Positions 1 through 9,953 of a DNA stretch of 64,000 bases are shown piece after piece. A model generated the notes under the pieces. It saw only the letters and a list, made by a program, of their open reading frames with translations. It was not told the DNA's origin and searched no databases. The position numbers and the translations under genes are program-made. Numbering within the stretch: the stretch's first letter is position 1; each line of letters begins with the position of its first letter. This DNA comes from Spirochaetales bacterium (lineage in GTDB: Bacteria; Spirochaetota; Spirochaetia; SZUA-6; RPPD01), in contig JAFGJO010000055.1 in assembly GCA_016929065.1 (NCBI GenBank), positions 401 through 64,400 of the forward strand. Direction: 5' to 3'.

Positions 1-1
1 A

Positions 2-286
2 GTGCAAAGAGAACCCACTACACCGGGAGAAATACTATTAGAAGAGTTTTTAACCCCACTAGGAATAACGCAAAAACAATTAGCAGTGCATATTGGCTGC
101 GATGTAAAGGTAATTAATCGCATCATCAACGGCAGAACCTCTGTAACAGCCGAGATGGCTTTAAAGTTAGCCAACACTTTTAGTACTACACCTCAATTTT
201 GGCTAAATGCTCAACAGGCAGTAGATATTTATAAAGCATCCCGAAAGATAGAACATCTACCAGAGCCATTTATAAAAGCTAGCTAA
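2..286 (+). CDS. higA: HigA-family addiction module antitoxin (HTH); may be 5'-partial
   Basis: PTTPGEILLEEFLTPLGITQKQLA...TAEMALKLA..F.TTPQFWLNAQ signature; cognate toxin would lie upstream of the window. Confidence 0.9.
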   Translation: MQREPTTPGEILLEEFLTPLGITQKQLAVHIGCDVKVINRIINGRTSVTAEMALKLANTFSTTPQFWLNAQQAVDIYKASRKIEHLPEPFIKAS

Positions 287-438
287 ATAGAACAAAACTT
301 TACATATTTACTTATTATCATAAAATGATATAAGGAGAAATTATAAGCAATGAGTTATTGTCAAATGTTGTGGATTGGAATTAGGGGCTGTTTTCTGAAT
401 GTATAAACGATGAATATATTAAGAAAGAATACTTCACT

Positions 439-660
439 TTGAACAGTTTCTTTTGTAATAAATTTATTATCATCACGATGTTATTTGTGTTTTCTTGTGA
501 TTTTTTATCGGAAAACAGCAATCATTCACGGGTTACTATTCGGCTTGAAAATGGAACAAACGCCAGAGCTGTGGTCGCAAATCCTGACGGTACCGGGGTA
601 ACCGGATTTGAGCAGTACGTTGAGTCCGCGAACTGTTTCGGCTGCTTCGGTCAGGATTGA
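439..660 (+). pseudogene. Truncated N-terminus of a lipoprotein
   Basis: Hydrophobic signal plus FSC lipobox-like motif; the frame runs into the 123-bp repeat and stops at 660. Confidence 0.45.
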
Positions 661-761
661 CTGTCCAACTTTTCACACTCTCGACTGCTTCGGGTGATTG
701 AATTATCGTCCTGTTATTGATATACTAAATTTTTCCAATTCAGGAAATATTTTCTCCCGGA
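639..761 (+). repeat. 123-bp direct repeat, copy 1 (contains sigma70-like promoter at 698-726)
   Basis: Ungapped match to 3308-3430 with 5 mismatches. Confidence 0.95.
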
Positions 762-833
762 CCATCCCGCACCCTGCACCCTCCGGACACACACGCTCGA
801 ACCGGTGCTGACACAAGCGGCTGCACGCCTTGA

Positions 834-1133
834 TCATATTCCTGTATAGGTATACTCCCCGGAATAACGAAAACTGCAGTCAACGCCGTTAACAATGAAC
901 TCGCCTTCGATCCCAACTGATTCTCCGGGGACAGAAGAAATAGTGACACTGAGTGTGGCGCTGTCTTGAGGCACAATTGCGTCTTGACCAAGCGGAAAAT
1001 TCCACAATATTCTGAAAAATCCTGAATCGGCGACAGCTGTCCATGTACCCACGGGTACTTGATTAAAAGTTTGTGTTGGATCCCCCTGGCTGTCGAACAT
1101 GAGTTCAACGTAATATCCAGTACCTGTTTCCAT
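834..1133 (-). pseudogene. Short ORF or C-terminal remnant of a beta-rich surface protein
   Basis: Protein-like sequence (TQTFNQVPVGTWTAVA...SGEYTYTGI); no signal peptide; stop 4 codons upstream of the ATG. Confidence 0.4.
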
Positions 1134-1256
1134 GGGTAACGGTCATAATCAAATATCAATTTTCTGATTGCATAATGGACGGTTTTCAACATAATTGACG
1201 GTGCGGAACATGTTTTTAACATTCTGTCAGTTCCGGTAAGCAAAAAGGAGGAAAAT

Positions 1257-3173
1257 ATGATAAAAGTTCGTTTGCAGGGAGGAGCTCTCTTTGGTTTGTT
1301 TTTCACAATACTCATGATTGTCCCCGGCGTACTGGCATCAGGTCAGCTCAGTGTGGTGACCAGTGACAGAACTCAGGTAAAAGACAAGGACACGATCACC
1401 CCGATTGGTTTTCAGGGGATCCTGCTTATTTCCAGTCCTGAGTACCGTGTCATCACAGTGAAGAACGAGGGCACAGCGGTTGTAATCAATAAAATATCCA
1501 TTGAAGGCGATCCAGATTTTACTGTCAACACCGCGGATTCGGGGCTTAATCTCTGGGAGAAAAAACCGCTTGCGGCAGATAACGTTCTGCTGGACACCGG
1601 CAAGTCATTCGACTTTCATCTGGATTTTTGTCCGGTTTCGGGCGGCGACAGATCGGCCGTCATTACTATCGCGTATGATTCGGGAAAAACCTTTATGTTC
1701 ACCGTCAAGGGCAGGGGCCGGCCGGAATCAATCAAGGGGTTCACGCACGGCTCTGAAATCATGGACAAGATATGGGGCGGATACAATAAAAACCAGGACG
1801 AGCGGCCGGCTGGCATGGTCGCGGATAGCTCGGGAAACATATATTTTTCCGGGAATGGAAAATACATTTCCTCGGACACCTTTTATTACGACATTTTCGT
1901 CGGAAAAATCAACGCGGATCAGACACTGGGCTGGCAGATGGTCTATCATTCCAAATTTAATGACCGGTTTCCTGATCCAAGCCAGAATGACGAGTCCGGC
2001 GGAAGTGCGAACACGATCTGTATGGATGAAAAGGGTTTTCTCTATATTGCGGCAAGTGTGGGAAACAATTCCAACAATTCGTATCTGGCTATGGTGATGA
2101 AGATCAATCCGAAGGACGGGAAAGAGGTATGGAGAAAATACTGGGTTTCCAATACCACACGTCTGAAGTACACGGATTCATCGGAAGTGTATGCTCTTGC
2201 GGTGTCTGACAACATGGTTTTCATTACCGGGGAAGGATTTGATTATGATACGTCAACCCAGGGTATCTTTGTCACTGCCCTTTCTGCCGAGGACGGCAGT
2301 CAGAAATGGAGCCGTATTATCAATCCCAACAGCAATAAGTACAAAGACAAAGGGTATGCGATCAAGGCGGACGGGAAGGGAAATCTCTTTGTCGCCGGCT
2401 GGCAGGGGGAAAGCACCGGTTCGCCATTTCTGTGCAAGCTTGCCGACATTACCTCAAAGCCGAACCTGAGTTGGGCGGTCAATTTCAGTATGGGCACTGG
2501 CTGTAATTTCAATGCCATCGATATCGACGAGTCGGGCAATGTGTATCTCTCCGCGGACAGGCGCGGCGCTGCGACCTTTTTCTCGATTATAAAAGTCAGC
2601 GCTGATGGAAAACAGATAACGGGCAAGACATTTCCCGGAACTTCCGGTGGGAACAACAACGCAAAAATAGTCCGGGTAGCCGGCGATTCGGTATATGTAG
2701 GCGGCAGGATCGGTTTTTCAGGGCTCGACACGGGCCGTGGCGACGGCATGCTCCTGAAACTGAAGAACAGTGATTTGAGTCTCCAGTGGGCAGCGCTGTA
2801 TTTTACCGGGACAGGGCCGAAAGAGGTATGTTCTCATCATTTGAAGGGGATTGAGGTCGTAAACAATGAACTCTATCTCTACGGTGAAGTGTATACGGGA
2901 AACAGCAATAATTTCCGGTATTATGGTTACTGGTTTGATCTCCCCGGAGCACTGGAAGATTACGCACCGCAGAATACGGACGTCACCTCCAAAACTGTTT
3001 TTGCTCCGCTTGCAAAGTCAGGACTGGTAGACGGCACCACCAATGGAGGGATATACGAGCCGATCAGTTTGTCTGCCAACATTGAATTTCAGGATGCGAA
3101 TGCCAAAAACGAAAAAACCCACGGCAGTCAGGTGGATGGAGATGTCTTTTTTATGAAACTGAAGCTGAAATAA
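1257..3173 (+). CDS. Secreted protein: Ig-like (ASH/choice-of-anchor D-like) domain plus beta-propeller (SBBP-like) repeats
   Basis: AAGGAGG RBS, signal peptide, ITVKNEG...FCPVSGGDRSAVITI..V.GRG, repeated D..GN.Y/F..G blades. Confidence 0.75.
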   Translation: MIKVRLQGGALFGLFFTILMIVPGVLASGQLSVVTSDRTQVKDKDTITPIGFQGILLISSPEYRVITVKNEGTAVVINKISIEGDPDFTVNTADSGLNLWEKKPLAADNVLLDTGKSFDFHLDFCPVSGGDRSAVITIAYDSGKTFMFTVKGRGRPESIKGFTHGSEIMDKIWGGYNKNQDERPAGMVADSSGNIYFSGNGKYISSDTFYYDIFVGKINADQTLGWQMVYHSKFNDRFPDPSQNDESGGSANTICMDEKGFLYIAASVGNNSNNSYLAMVMKINPKDGKEVWRKYWVSNTTRLKYTDSSEVYALAVSDNMVFITGEGFDYDTSTQGIFVTALSAEDGSQKWSRIINPNSNKYKDKGYAIKADGKGNLFVAGWQGESTGSPFLCKLADITSKPNLSWAVNFSMGTGCNFNAIDIDESGNVYLSADRRGAATFFSIIKVSADGKQITGKTFPGTSGGNNNAKIVRVAGDSVYVGGRIGFSGLDTGRGDGMLLKLKNSDLSLQWAALYFTGTGPKEVCSHHLKGIEVVNNELYLYGEVYTGNSNNFRYYGYWFDLPGALEDYAPQNTDVTSKTVFAPLAKSGLVDGTTNGGIYEPISLSANIEFQDANAKNEKTHGSQVDGDVFFMKLKLK

Positions 3174-3193
3174 TTTGTATGGCACTGCCAATT

Positions 3194-3224
3194 AAACCGC
3201 CTTTGACATCAAGGGCGGTTTTTT
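3194..3224 (+). terminator. Rho-independent terminator
   Basis: aaaccgcctttga-cat-caagggcggttt hairpin plus T run. Confidence 0.8.
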
Positions 3225-3307
3225 ATATGTATTGCAGATTCAGGTTTACAGGACATTCACCAAATGACTGTATTATGTCAGGTTGCGCGTGCATGATAGC
3301 GAGGTCG

Positions 3308-3430
3308 CGGCTGCATCGGTCAGGATTGACTGTCCAACTTTTTACACTCTCGACTGCTTCGGGCGATTGAATTATCGTCCAGTTATTGATATACTAACTT
3401 TTTCCAATTCAGGAAATATTTTCTCCCGGA
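3308..3430 (+). repeat. 123-bp direct repeat, copy 2
   Basis: Matches 639-761; ends in the GGAGG RBS of ORF 3437. Confidence 0.95.
3367..3395 (+). promoter_or_regulatory. sigma70-like promoter with extended -10
   Basis: TTGAAT-N17-TATACT with TG at -15/-14. Confidence 0.7.
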
Positions 3431-3436
3431 GGAACA

Positions 3437-3940
3437 ATGAGTCTGCTCGATAATAATACGATTGAAATAAAGGATTATTCCCACAGGGAAGGCTGGCTGG
3501 TGGTGTTGATCTTCTTTCTTGTCGTGCTGCATCCGTTTGCACATCTGTATGTAATATGGGGCCGCTTTGAAAGCCTTCCCCGGGTTTTTTCACAATTCAG
3601 TACAGAACCTCTTAATATTTTATTGTATATAGGAATCCTTGTTATTGTGGCGGGTACCATTATCCTCTCGGTTGTTTCCGGGATCTTGTTATGGAAAAAA
3701 AAGCGGCTGGGTGTGTTGCTGACAAAAATCTTTCTTGTCATCAGTGTTGCAGTGGGGTTGACGAATGTTCCCGATTTTCTGGCAAATGCTCAGTCAATCG
3801 AGTTTATGACCGCAGTGCAGTATCTGATCCGGCTGGGAGTGAATGCAGTGGTCGTTCCCGTGGCATGGTTTTTATATCTTTTGTTTTCGAAACGGGTAAA
3901 GACCATCTATTTCAATAACAGCGAATCAAACTCAAAATAA
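3437..3940 (+). CDS. Membrane protein (DUF2569-like)
   Basis: Four TM segments, N-terminal GWL and C-terminal W..Y...SKRVK..Y motifs. Confidence 0.7.
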   Translation: MSLLDNNTIEIKDYSHREGWLVVLIFFLVVLHPFAHLYVIWGRFESLPRVFSQFSTEPLNILLYIGILVIVAGTIILSVVSGILLWKKKRLGVLLTKIFLVISVAVGLTNVPDFLANAQSIEFMTAVQYLIRLGVNAVVVPVAWFLYLLFSKRVKTIYFNNSESNSK

Positions 3941-3950
3941 GGAATTTTTT

Positions 3951-4712
3951 ATGCGGGAATTTGAAAAGCCATACAGTTTTCTCCGCTCAATCGGAATTTA
4001 TTTTATCATTGTCTTCCGGCAGCTGCCGGTATTTTTACTGAGTTTTTTCATGTTTGTTATTATTCCATCCGGATTGCTGTATGCGGCATTTTATTTTTTC
4101 CCCGAACTGTTTCGGGACCGATATCTGGTGCTTGCCGGAGTCCAGGCACTGCTGGTATTTTTCTTTTTTGAATTCAGCGGCATGTGCAGGGAGAGCATTG
4201 ATGGCAAATCGTACAGGATTTTTTCCGGATTCGGAAAAAATATTTTTTCGGTATTGTCTGCCGCGGTCATTACCTTCGCGTTCAGCGTGACGATTCAGGC
4301 CCTGAGTGAAATTCTTGCTGCATTGATGCCGAATTTTGAATTCTCGGACATGATCATTATCATCATCACCAAACTGTTTTTTCTTGTGCTGCCGGCCGCA
4401 GTGTATGCAATTTCCCGGAAGAATGATTTAAAGAGTTCTTTCGGGATTGCGGTGAAATTCCTGCGTGAGAATCTGGGAAAAGTAATGCTTCTTGGAGTGG
4501 TAATTCTTATTTTGTCGGTTTTTGGGGCGGGTGTTATTGTCGGTGTGCTGCGCCTTCAATTGCCGGATATCGGCGACAACACCAGACTGATTCTTATATT
4601 TTTAATCGGCCACTTTTTCACTGCTTTTTTGCATCCGGTGATGGCTGTCACGTTTGTAAAAGTATCCCAATATGAAGATATTGAATTAAAAGACCCGCTG
4701 ATAAAAGAATAA
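3951..4712 (+). CDS. Multi-pass membrane protein, hypothetical
   Basis: About six hydrophobic segments; AAGGA RBS; operonic with 3437. Confidence 0.75.
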   Translation: MREFEKPYSFLRSIGIYFIIVFRQLPVFLLSFFMFVIIPSGLLYAAFYFFPELFRDRYLVLAGVQALLVFFFFEFSGMCRESIDGKSYRIFSGFGKNIFSVLSAAVITFAFSVTIQALSEILAALMPNFEFSDMIIIIITKLFFLVLPAAVYAISRKNDLKSSFGIAVKFLRENLGKVMLLGVVILILSVFGAGVIVGVLRLQLPDIGDNTRLILIFLIGHFFTAFLHPVMAVTFVKVSQYEDIELKDPLIKE

Positions 4713-4897
4713 CATCAATAGATCAACCCGCCGATGTTCGGGGCTGCGAATGTGTATCATATATCATACATGCCATTTTATGAGTTACAGCATTGAAACA
4801 GCTTCCGGGAGTCAATATTTATATCCGGTTTGCGATTGAAATTCTATGAAAAGACCGGTACATTAATTACCTGAAGATTATTGAACAGGAGTTTGTC

Positions 4898-5479
4898 ATG
4901 AAAAAAATGGTATTTTCGATATTGTTGCTTTTTATTTTTGCTGGCACATGTTCTTTCGTGTTTGCAGAAGAAGTTAATCCCAGGGTATTTCTGGATATCG
5001 CCATTAATGGAAAGGCGGCCGGCCGGATTGTTATCGAACTGCGTGCCGATGTTGTCCCTAAAACAGCGGAAAACTTCCGGGCATTATGTACCGGGGAAAA
5101 AGGGTATGGCTACAAGGGGAGTGTTCTTCACCGTATAATTCCGGGTTTTATGGCGCAGGGCGGTGATTTTACAGCCGGGAACGGCACGGGCGGAAAGTCC
5201 ATTTACGGGCCGACTTTTAATGACGAGAACTTCCAGCTTGAGCATTCCAGGAGAGGTGTATTGTCAATGGCAAACCGGGGCCGCAATACAAACGGTTCCC
5301 AGTTTTTTATTACCTTTGCGCCGACAAAATGGCTGAATTTCAAACATGTTGTTTTTGGTTATGTTGTAGAAGGTTTTGATGTGCTCGACAAACTCGAAGC
5401 CCTGGGAACGAATTCCGGAACCCCGACTGCGAAGGCAGTGATTACCAACTGCGGTGAGCTGAAACCGGTGAAAAAATAA
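4898..5479 (+). CDS. Secreted cyclophilin-type peptidyl-prolyl isomerase
   Basis: [48 protein letters not shown]; signal peptide. Confidence 0.95.
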   Translation: MKKMVFSILLLFIFAGTCSFVFAEEVNPRVFLDIAINGKAAGRIVIELRADVVPKTAENFRALCTGEKGYGYKGSVLHRIIPGFMAQGGDFTAGNGTGGKSIYGPTFNDENFQLEHSRRGVLSMANRGRNTNGSQFFITFAPTKWLNFKHVVFGYVVEGFDVLDKLEALGTNSGTPTAKAVITNCGELKPVKK

Positions 5480-5551
5480 CAGTTAAATAAAATGAATGCC
5501 TGATACCTCAAAAAAGGGATTATGGCTGTAAAACAACAGGAAGAACAGTCT

Positions 5552-5950
5552 ATGAAAATAAAGTTTGATTTAATCGGTATTTTTGTAGGTGACATTCATA
5601 AAATGGTTTCTTTTTACAGGGATATCATCGGTATTGCCACTGACTGGAAGGATGACCCTCCCTATGCTGAGTTTCAACATGACGGAATCCGGTTTGCGAT
5701 GTATGAGCGCAGGGAGCTGCCGAAATTGCTGGGGCAGATGCCGGAATATCCTGAAAAACTGAACGGGACGTTTGAGCTCGCCATAAATGTGGGTGAACCC
5801 GAAAACGTAGATGTGTATTTCAATAAATATGTTGATGCAGGAGCCGTGCCGGTGTACGAGCCGCGAAACGAGCCATGGAAAATGCGGTCTGCCATGATCG
5901 CAGATCCCGAAGGGAATTTAATCGAAATTGGATCGGACTTTTGGGAGTAG
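5552..5950 (+). CDS. VOC/glyoxalase family protein
   Basis: IGIFV.D..KMVSFYRDIIG...EPW.MRSAMIADPEGNLIEI; alternative start 5522. Confidence 0.85.
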   Translation: MKIKFDLIGIFVGDIHKMVSFYRDIIGIATDWKDDPPYAEFQHDGIRFAMYERRELPKLLGQMPEYPEKLNGTFELAINVGEPENVDVYFNKYVDAGAVPVYEPRNEPWKMRSAMIADPEGNLIEIGSDFWE

Positions 5951-5986
5951 TACCAGTGAAAGTTTTCCCTGATGGCAGGTAATCTG

Positions 5987-8428
5987 TTATCCTGACGGCA
6001 GGGTAACAATCAGTTTTGTTCCTTTATTTAACTCACTTTCGATTGTTATTGATCCATTGTGGTGCTCTACGATTCGTTTACAGATTGCAAGCCCGATCCC
6101 CGAACCTTCATACTGTGTACGGGTATGCAGCCGTTGAAACACTCCAAAAATACGGTCATGGTATTGTGCATCAATTCCAATGCCATTGTCTTCAAATATA
6201 ATAGCATGTGAATTCTTCGTCCGCGGCCCCAATGATATCGTTATTTGTGGTTGAATGTTTTCCTGGTGAAATTTCAAGGAATTGGAAAGAATATTCTGAA
6301 AAAGCTGGAACATCTGGATTGGTTCTGCCTTGATGACGGGCAGTTTTTCAACGGTGATTTTCGCGTTTGATTCCTTGATAACAAGATCCAGTACCGAGAG
6401 CACCTCCCTGACAATTAATGAAAGATCGACAGTTTTAAGGTCCTCCGCAGTAACTTTAACCCGCGAATAGGCAAGAAGGTCGCGGATCATTTCACGCATT
6501 AAATCGGTCGCGTTGATGATTTTTGAATAATATCCCTTTGAGATATCCGTCTGTTCCCGCGCGATAAGCTCGCTGAATACGGAAATCTTTCGAAGCGGTT
6601 CCTGCAGATCATGCGCAACGATATAGGCAAATTGTTCAAGTTCCCTGTTCGACCGGGCGAGTTCCTGTTTTTGAAGTTCAAGAGTCCTTTCAGATTGAAT
6701 TTGTTTTTCTAGAATCATGGTTCCCCAGATAATACTGCTTAGCTGCATTCTCAATAGCACATACACTGATGTCTCTTTCGGGCCTGCTTCAAATACAGCG
6801 TAGCCTATCTGGTTTTCCTTGTAGTAGAGCGGTTCTGTGACAAGTGTCATGGGTGCGCCGGCTGGCAAGTATTCCTTCGGAATCAGATGTTCGGCGGAAA
6901 AAAAGATTTCCTGATCACCCGAAAAAACAAATTTTCGTTCCCCCCGGGTGTACGCAAGAATGAGCCGTGCTTCATTATATACCGGGGCATTTTTCTGATT
7001 GTACAGACAAAGATAGAAGGATGGAATATCAAATGATGGTAATTCACGGGCAAGGATATCCGCCAGTTCCTCTATATTGAAAATGGTTGTCCAGGAATGG
7101 CCTGTGTGAATCAGCGTTTCGGTATATTTGTGCAGTTCCAGCCACTTTTTTGTTTCCTCTTTTGCTTCAAATTCCTTGATAAGAACAAGTGCATGCTGCA
7201 GAATATGCAGGCAACGGGTGATTTGCGAGGCACTTAAATTCCACTCGGGCCGTGGCCTGCATATTCTCACAATTTCATCCAATCTGAGTGCGCTGATTCC
7301 TGTTTTTCCCGTTTTTTCCAAAAAAGAACCAAGTGTTACATGAAATTGGCCGTGGCTGGCTTCTGAAAAATCAGCAATAAAACTGGTCGCCAGAACGCGG
7401 TCCCATTGTTCTGTGTCGTTTACAATTCCTTTTGGCAACAGTCTGGAAATCCCGTTTATCAGCTCCTGGGCGAGTGCAGGGTAATCCGGAATTATCGTGG
7501 TATGCGCATCCGGAGATTCCGGAGTTGGGGAGATGGACAGGTTTTCCAAAACATTTTTACAGCCGCATGACTGCCGGTATATCGGTTTACAGGGTATGGT
7601 TGTTATTTCCGGAATGATTTTTCCCGATAATTTGTCAAGCAGTAGCTTTGCTGCAATTTGCCCGCGTTCATACAGCATGATCGGGGCGGTGGTGAGTGAC
7701 GGTGTGTTTGCCCTGCATTCGGGGCGTTCATCGAACGCAATGACACTTACATCCCCGGGGATGTTGATTCTACGTTTTTCCAGCTCCAAAAGGGCTCCAA
7801 TAATAAATTTAAGGCTGGCTCCCGCAACCGCATCAAACGCGATTCGGTGTTCATCACAAATCTTCCTGATTGTTTCGACACCATGTTCCGGGGCCCAGTC
7901 GCGGTTTTCCGAGACAAGCAGGGGGTCATAGGGTATCCTGTTTTTGTCCAACGCGTCCTTATACGCCCGGAACCGTTCCGAACTGTCGAAATGGTTCCGG
8001 GGGCCCTGTATGAAAACTATTTTCTTTCGGCCATGCACATTAATCAGATGGTCAATCATTTCATACATGCCGCTATAGCTGTCCGCGAGCACGCTTGGAA
8101 TATTCGCTATCGGAGTCCCAATCGAAACAACGGGCATGACAGCGGAATATTTTTCGCAAAATGACTGTAATTCATCGGGTGTGACAAAACAGCCGATTAC
8201 CGAGGCCCAGATTATCAGTGCATCGATATTCGATTTTCCGATAAAATTGTACAGAATGTTGCCCTGTATGTTATATTCGTTTTGATCCCTGAGGCGACCA
8301 CCGTTAAAATGGATTAAATTGAAATTCTGTTCCACAGAATAGTCGGTGAGCCCATGAAACAGGTCATGATCGTTTGAATCGGTCAAATCATATGCAAGAA
8401 GGCCAATGGTGTATCGGGTTTTTTTCAC
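5987..8428 (-). CDS. Sensor histidine kinase with N-terminal LacI-type sugar-binding domain
   Basis: LacI effector-domain motifs (HGRKKIVFIQGP, IPGDVSVIAFD, PSLTT) without an HTH; H-box ELEQFAYIVAHDLQEPLR; N, G1 and G2 boxes. Confidence 0.9.
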   Translation of the reverse strand: MKKTRYTIGLLAYDLTDSNDHDLFHGLTDYSVEQNFNLIHFNGGRLRDQNEYNIQGNILYNFIGKSNIDALIIWASVIGCFVTPDELQSFCEKYSAVMPVVSIGTPIANIPSVLADSYSGMYEMIDHLINVHGRKKIVFIQGPRNHFDSSERFRAYKDALDKNRIPYDPLLVSENRDWAPEHGVETIRKICDEHRIAFDAVAGASLKFIIGALLELEKRRINIPGDVSVIAFDERPECRANTPSLTTAPIMLYERGQIAAKLLLDKLSGKIIPEITTIPCKPIYRQSCGCKNVLENLSISPTPESPDAHTTIIPDYPALAQELINGISRLLPKGIVNDTEQWDRVLATSFIADFSEASHGQFHVTLGSFLEKTGKTGISALRLDEIVRICRPRPEWNLSASQITRCLHILQHALVLIKEFEAKEETKKWLELHKYTETLIHTGHSWTTIFNIEELADILARELPSFDIPSFYLCLYNQKNAPVYNEARLILAYTRGERKFVFSGDQEIFFSAEHLIPKEYLPAGAPMTLVTEPLYYKENQIGYAVFEAGPKETSVYVLLRMQLSSIIWGTMILEKQIQSERTLELQKQELARSNRELEQFAYIVAHDLQEPLRKISVFSELIAREQTDISKGYYSKIINATDLMREMIRDLLAYSRVKVTAEDLKTVDLSLIVREVLSVLDLVIKESNAKITVEKLPVIKAEPIQMFQLFQNILSNSLKFHQENIQPQITISLGPRTKNSHAIIFEDNGIGIDAQYHDRIFGVFQRLHTRTQYEGSGIGLAICKRIVEHHNGSITIESELNKGTKLIVTLPSG

Positions 8429-8511
8429 GTTATTCCTCTTTCCATAGTATAGAAGAGAGATTGTGCGGATTCAAACGAAAAACAGGATATGTTTAAAATA
8501 AACAGGGTAAT

Positions 8512-8539
8512 AAAAAACCCGGCTGTTGCCGGGCTTTTT
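8512..8539 (-). terminator. Rho-independent terminator
   Basis: aaaaaacccggc-tgtt-gccgggctttt downstream of ORF 8590-9882. Confidence 0.75.
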
Positions 8540-8589
8540 AAAGAATTATCAATCAGCCTTAAAAAGAAGTTTCTTCAAGGGTATGTCAA

Positions 8590-9882
8590 TCAGGTTTCAT
8601 CCCATCCAGCAAGCCGTGCCCAGAGCCACCAGGCAGCATATGCTTTCATGTTTGCGTTGACCGAAACAGAATGTGCTGCCCCGCAATCATACCAGTCTGT
8701 GCCCTCTGTATGAGCATCCTGCCAGTCATACGCCCAGTTGGCATCGTTGTCAAGCGGGGTTGTTTCATCAGTGTATTCGGGTGTCCCGTCACCGTCGGCG
8801 TCATAGATACAACCGTCAGTGGGGTAGTGGTCGCCGTAGAAGGTGCCGTCGGGGTCATATGTCTCGATATCGGCAAAATCGAAGAGCCATTTATTGTTGT
8901 CGGTGCAGTACTGCCGGATCTGCTCATTGCGCAGATGCAAATTGCCTTCAGTTCCGGTCCCGTTAAGGTGCCCGGTCATATAAATAAAGGTGACATCCGG
9001 ATAATCCTCTTCCAGCTGCTCCATCAGGGAGAGGTAATTACTGATCATGGTTTCCTCTGACTGAGAGGATACCTGACCGCACCAGGACCACATAATCACA
9101 TTTATTTCGGCATTGGCGGGATTGTCCAGATATTCCCGTGTTTCCAGGTACCAGTTCTGCTGATGCCCGTTTGTTTCCCAGTCCGAAGCCAGATAGCCTG
9201 CATCGTGGTCCAGATCTCCGTCACCGTAACCGTCGCCTTCACGAAGATCGAGCGCTTCTCCACCACCGCCGCGATTCCAGTTGAATAATCCGGGAGTTCC
9301 TGTATATTGACTTTCACACCCGGTACCGTCGGCAAACCCGACAAGACCGGTCATGCCGTCCGTGAGCTGACTGCCGTGGGAAGTATGTCCATACCCGATA
9401 TGAAGCGCTGCTTTCGCAGCGAGGATTGCAGGGATCTCAAGATTTCCCTGACGTACCCAGTTAATCACTGAATGATCGGCAACCAGAGTGCCGGTTGCAG
9501 CAGCGGGCTCTGAGAGCGTGGTCACATTGCCGCCTGTTGATTCAGCTGAATCGCCTGCCGAATTGACCGCCCGGACCCGGTAATAATATGTGGAATTTTC
9601 TGACAATGTTCCGCGGTCGATAAATGAGGTTGTATTCGCAGCAGTGGTTATTTCAATAACGCTGGTGTACAGAGCATCTTCGCTCCGCGAAATGATAAAT
9701 GATTCCTCATCTGCTGAATTGTCCTGCCAGCTGACAAGTACACTGCACCATGAAATTGCGTCAAGGGCGACACTGCCCGGGGCCTGAGGTGGAGTTGCCG
9801 GCTGTTGCGCAGCCAGTCCGCAGGATACGGCCAGGATTAGTGAAACAACAATACAGATCATGTTTGCATTTTTCATAATCAT
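8590..9882 (-). CDS. Lipoprotein: fibronectin type III domain plus uncharacterised hydrolase-like domain
   Basis: LAVSC lipobox; SWQDNS.DE..F...YYYRVRAVN FN3; GYGHTSHGSQL domain. Confidence 0.8.
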   Translation of the reverse strand: MIMKNANMICIVVSLILAVSCGLAAQQPATPPQAPGSVALDAISWCSVLVSWQDNSADEESFIISRSEDALYTSVIEITTAANTTSFIDRGTLSENSTYYYRVRAVNSAGDSAESTGGNVTTLSEPAAATGTLVADHSVINWVRQGNLEIPAILAAKAALHIGYGHTSHGSQLTDGMTGLVGFADGTGCESQYTGTPGLFNWNRGGGGEALDLREGDGYGDGDLDHDAGYLASDWETNGHQQNWYLETREYLDNPANAEINVIMWSWCGQVSSQSEETMISNYLSLMEQLEEDYPDVTFIYMTGHLNGTGTEGNLHLRNEQIRQYCTDNNKWLFDFADIETYDPDGTFYGDHYPTDGCIYDADGDGTPEYTDETTPLDNDANWAYDWQDAHTEGTDWYDCGAAHSVSVNANMKAYAAWWLWARLAGWDET

Positions 9883-9953
9883 TCCTTTTTTATCATTTTC
9901 TATTCTATATTAGCTATTTCCGCTTTGTACGACATATACCTTTTGGCATGTTT

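Noticed and set aside
639-3430. 123-bp repeat pair as DGR template/variable repeats
   Set aside because: The five mismatches are not confined to adenines of one copy on either strand, the repeat is a promoter, and there is no reverse transcriptase in the window
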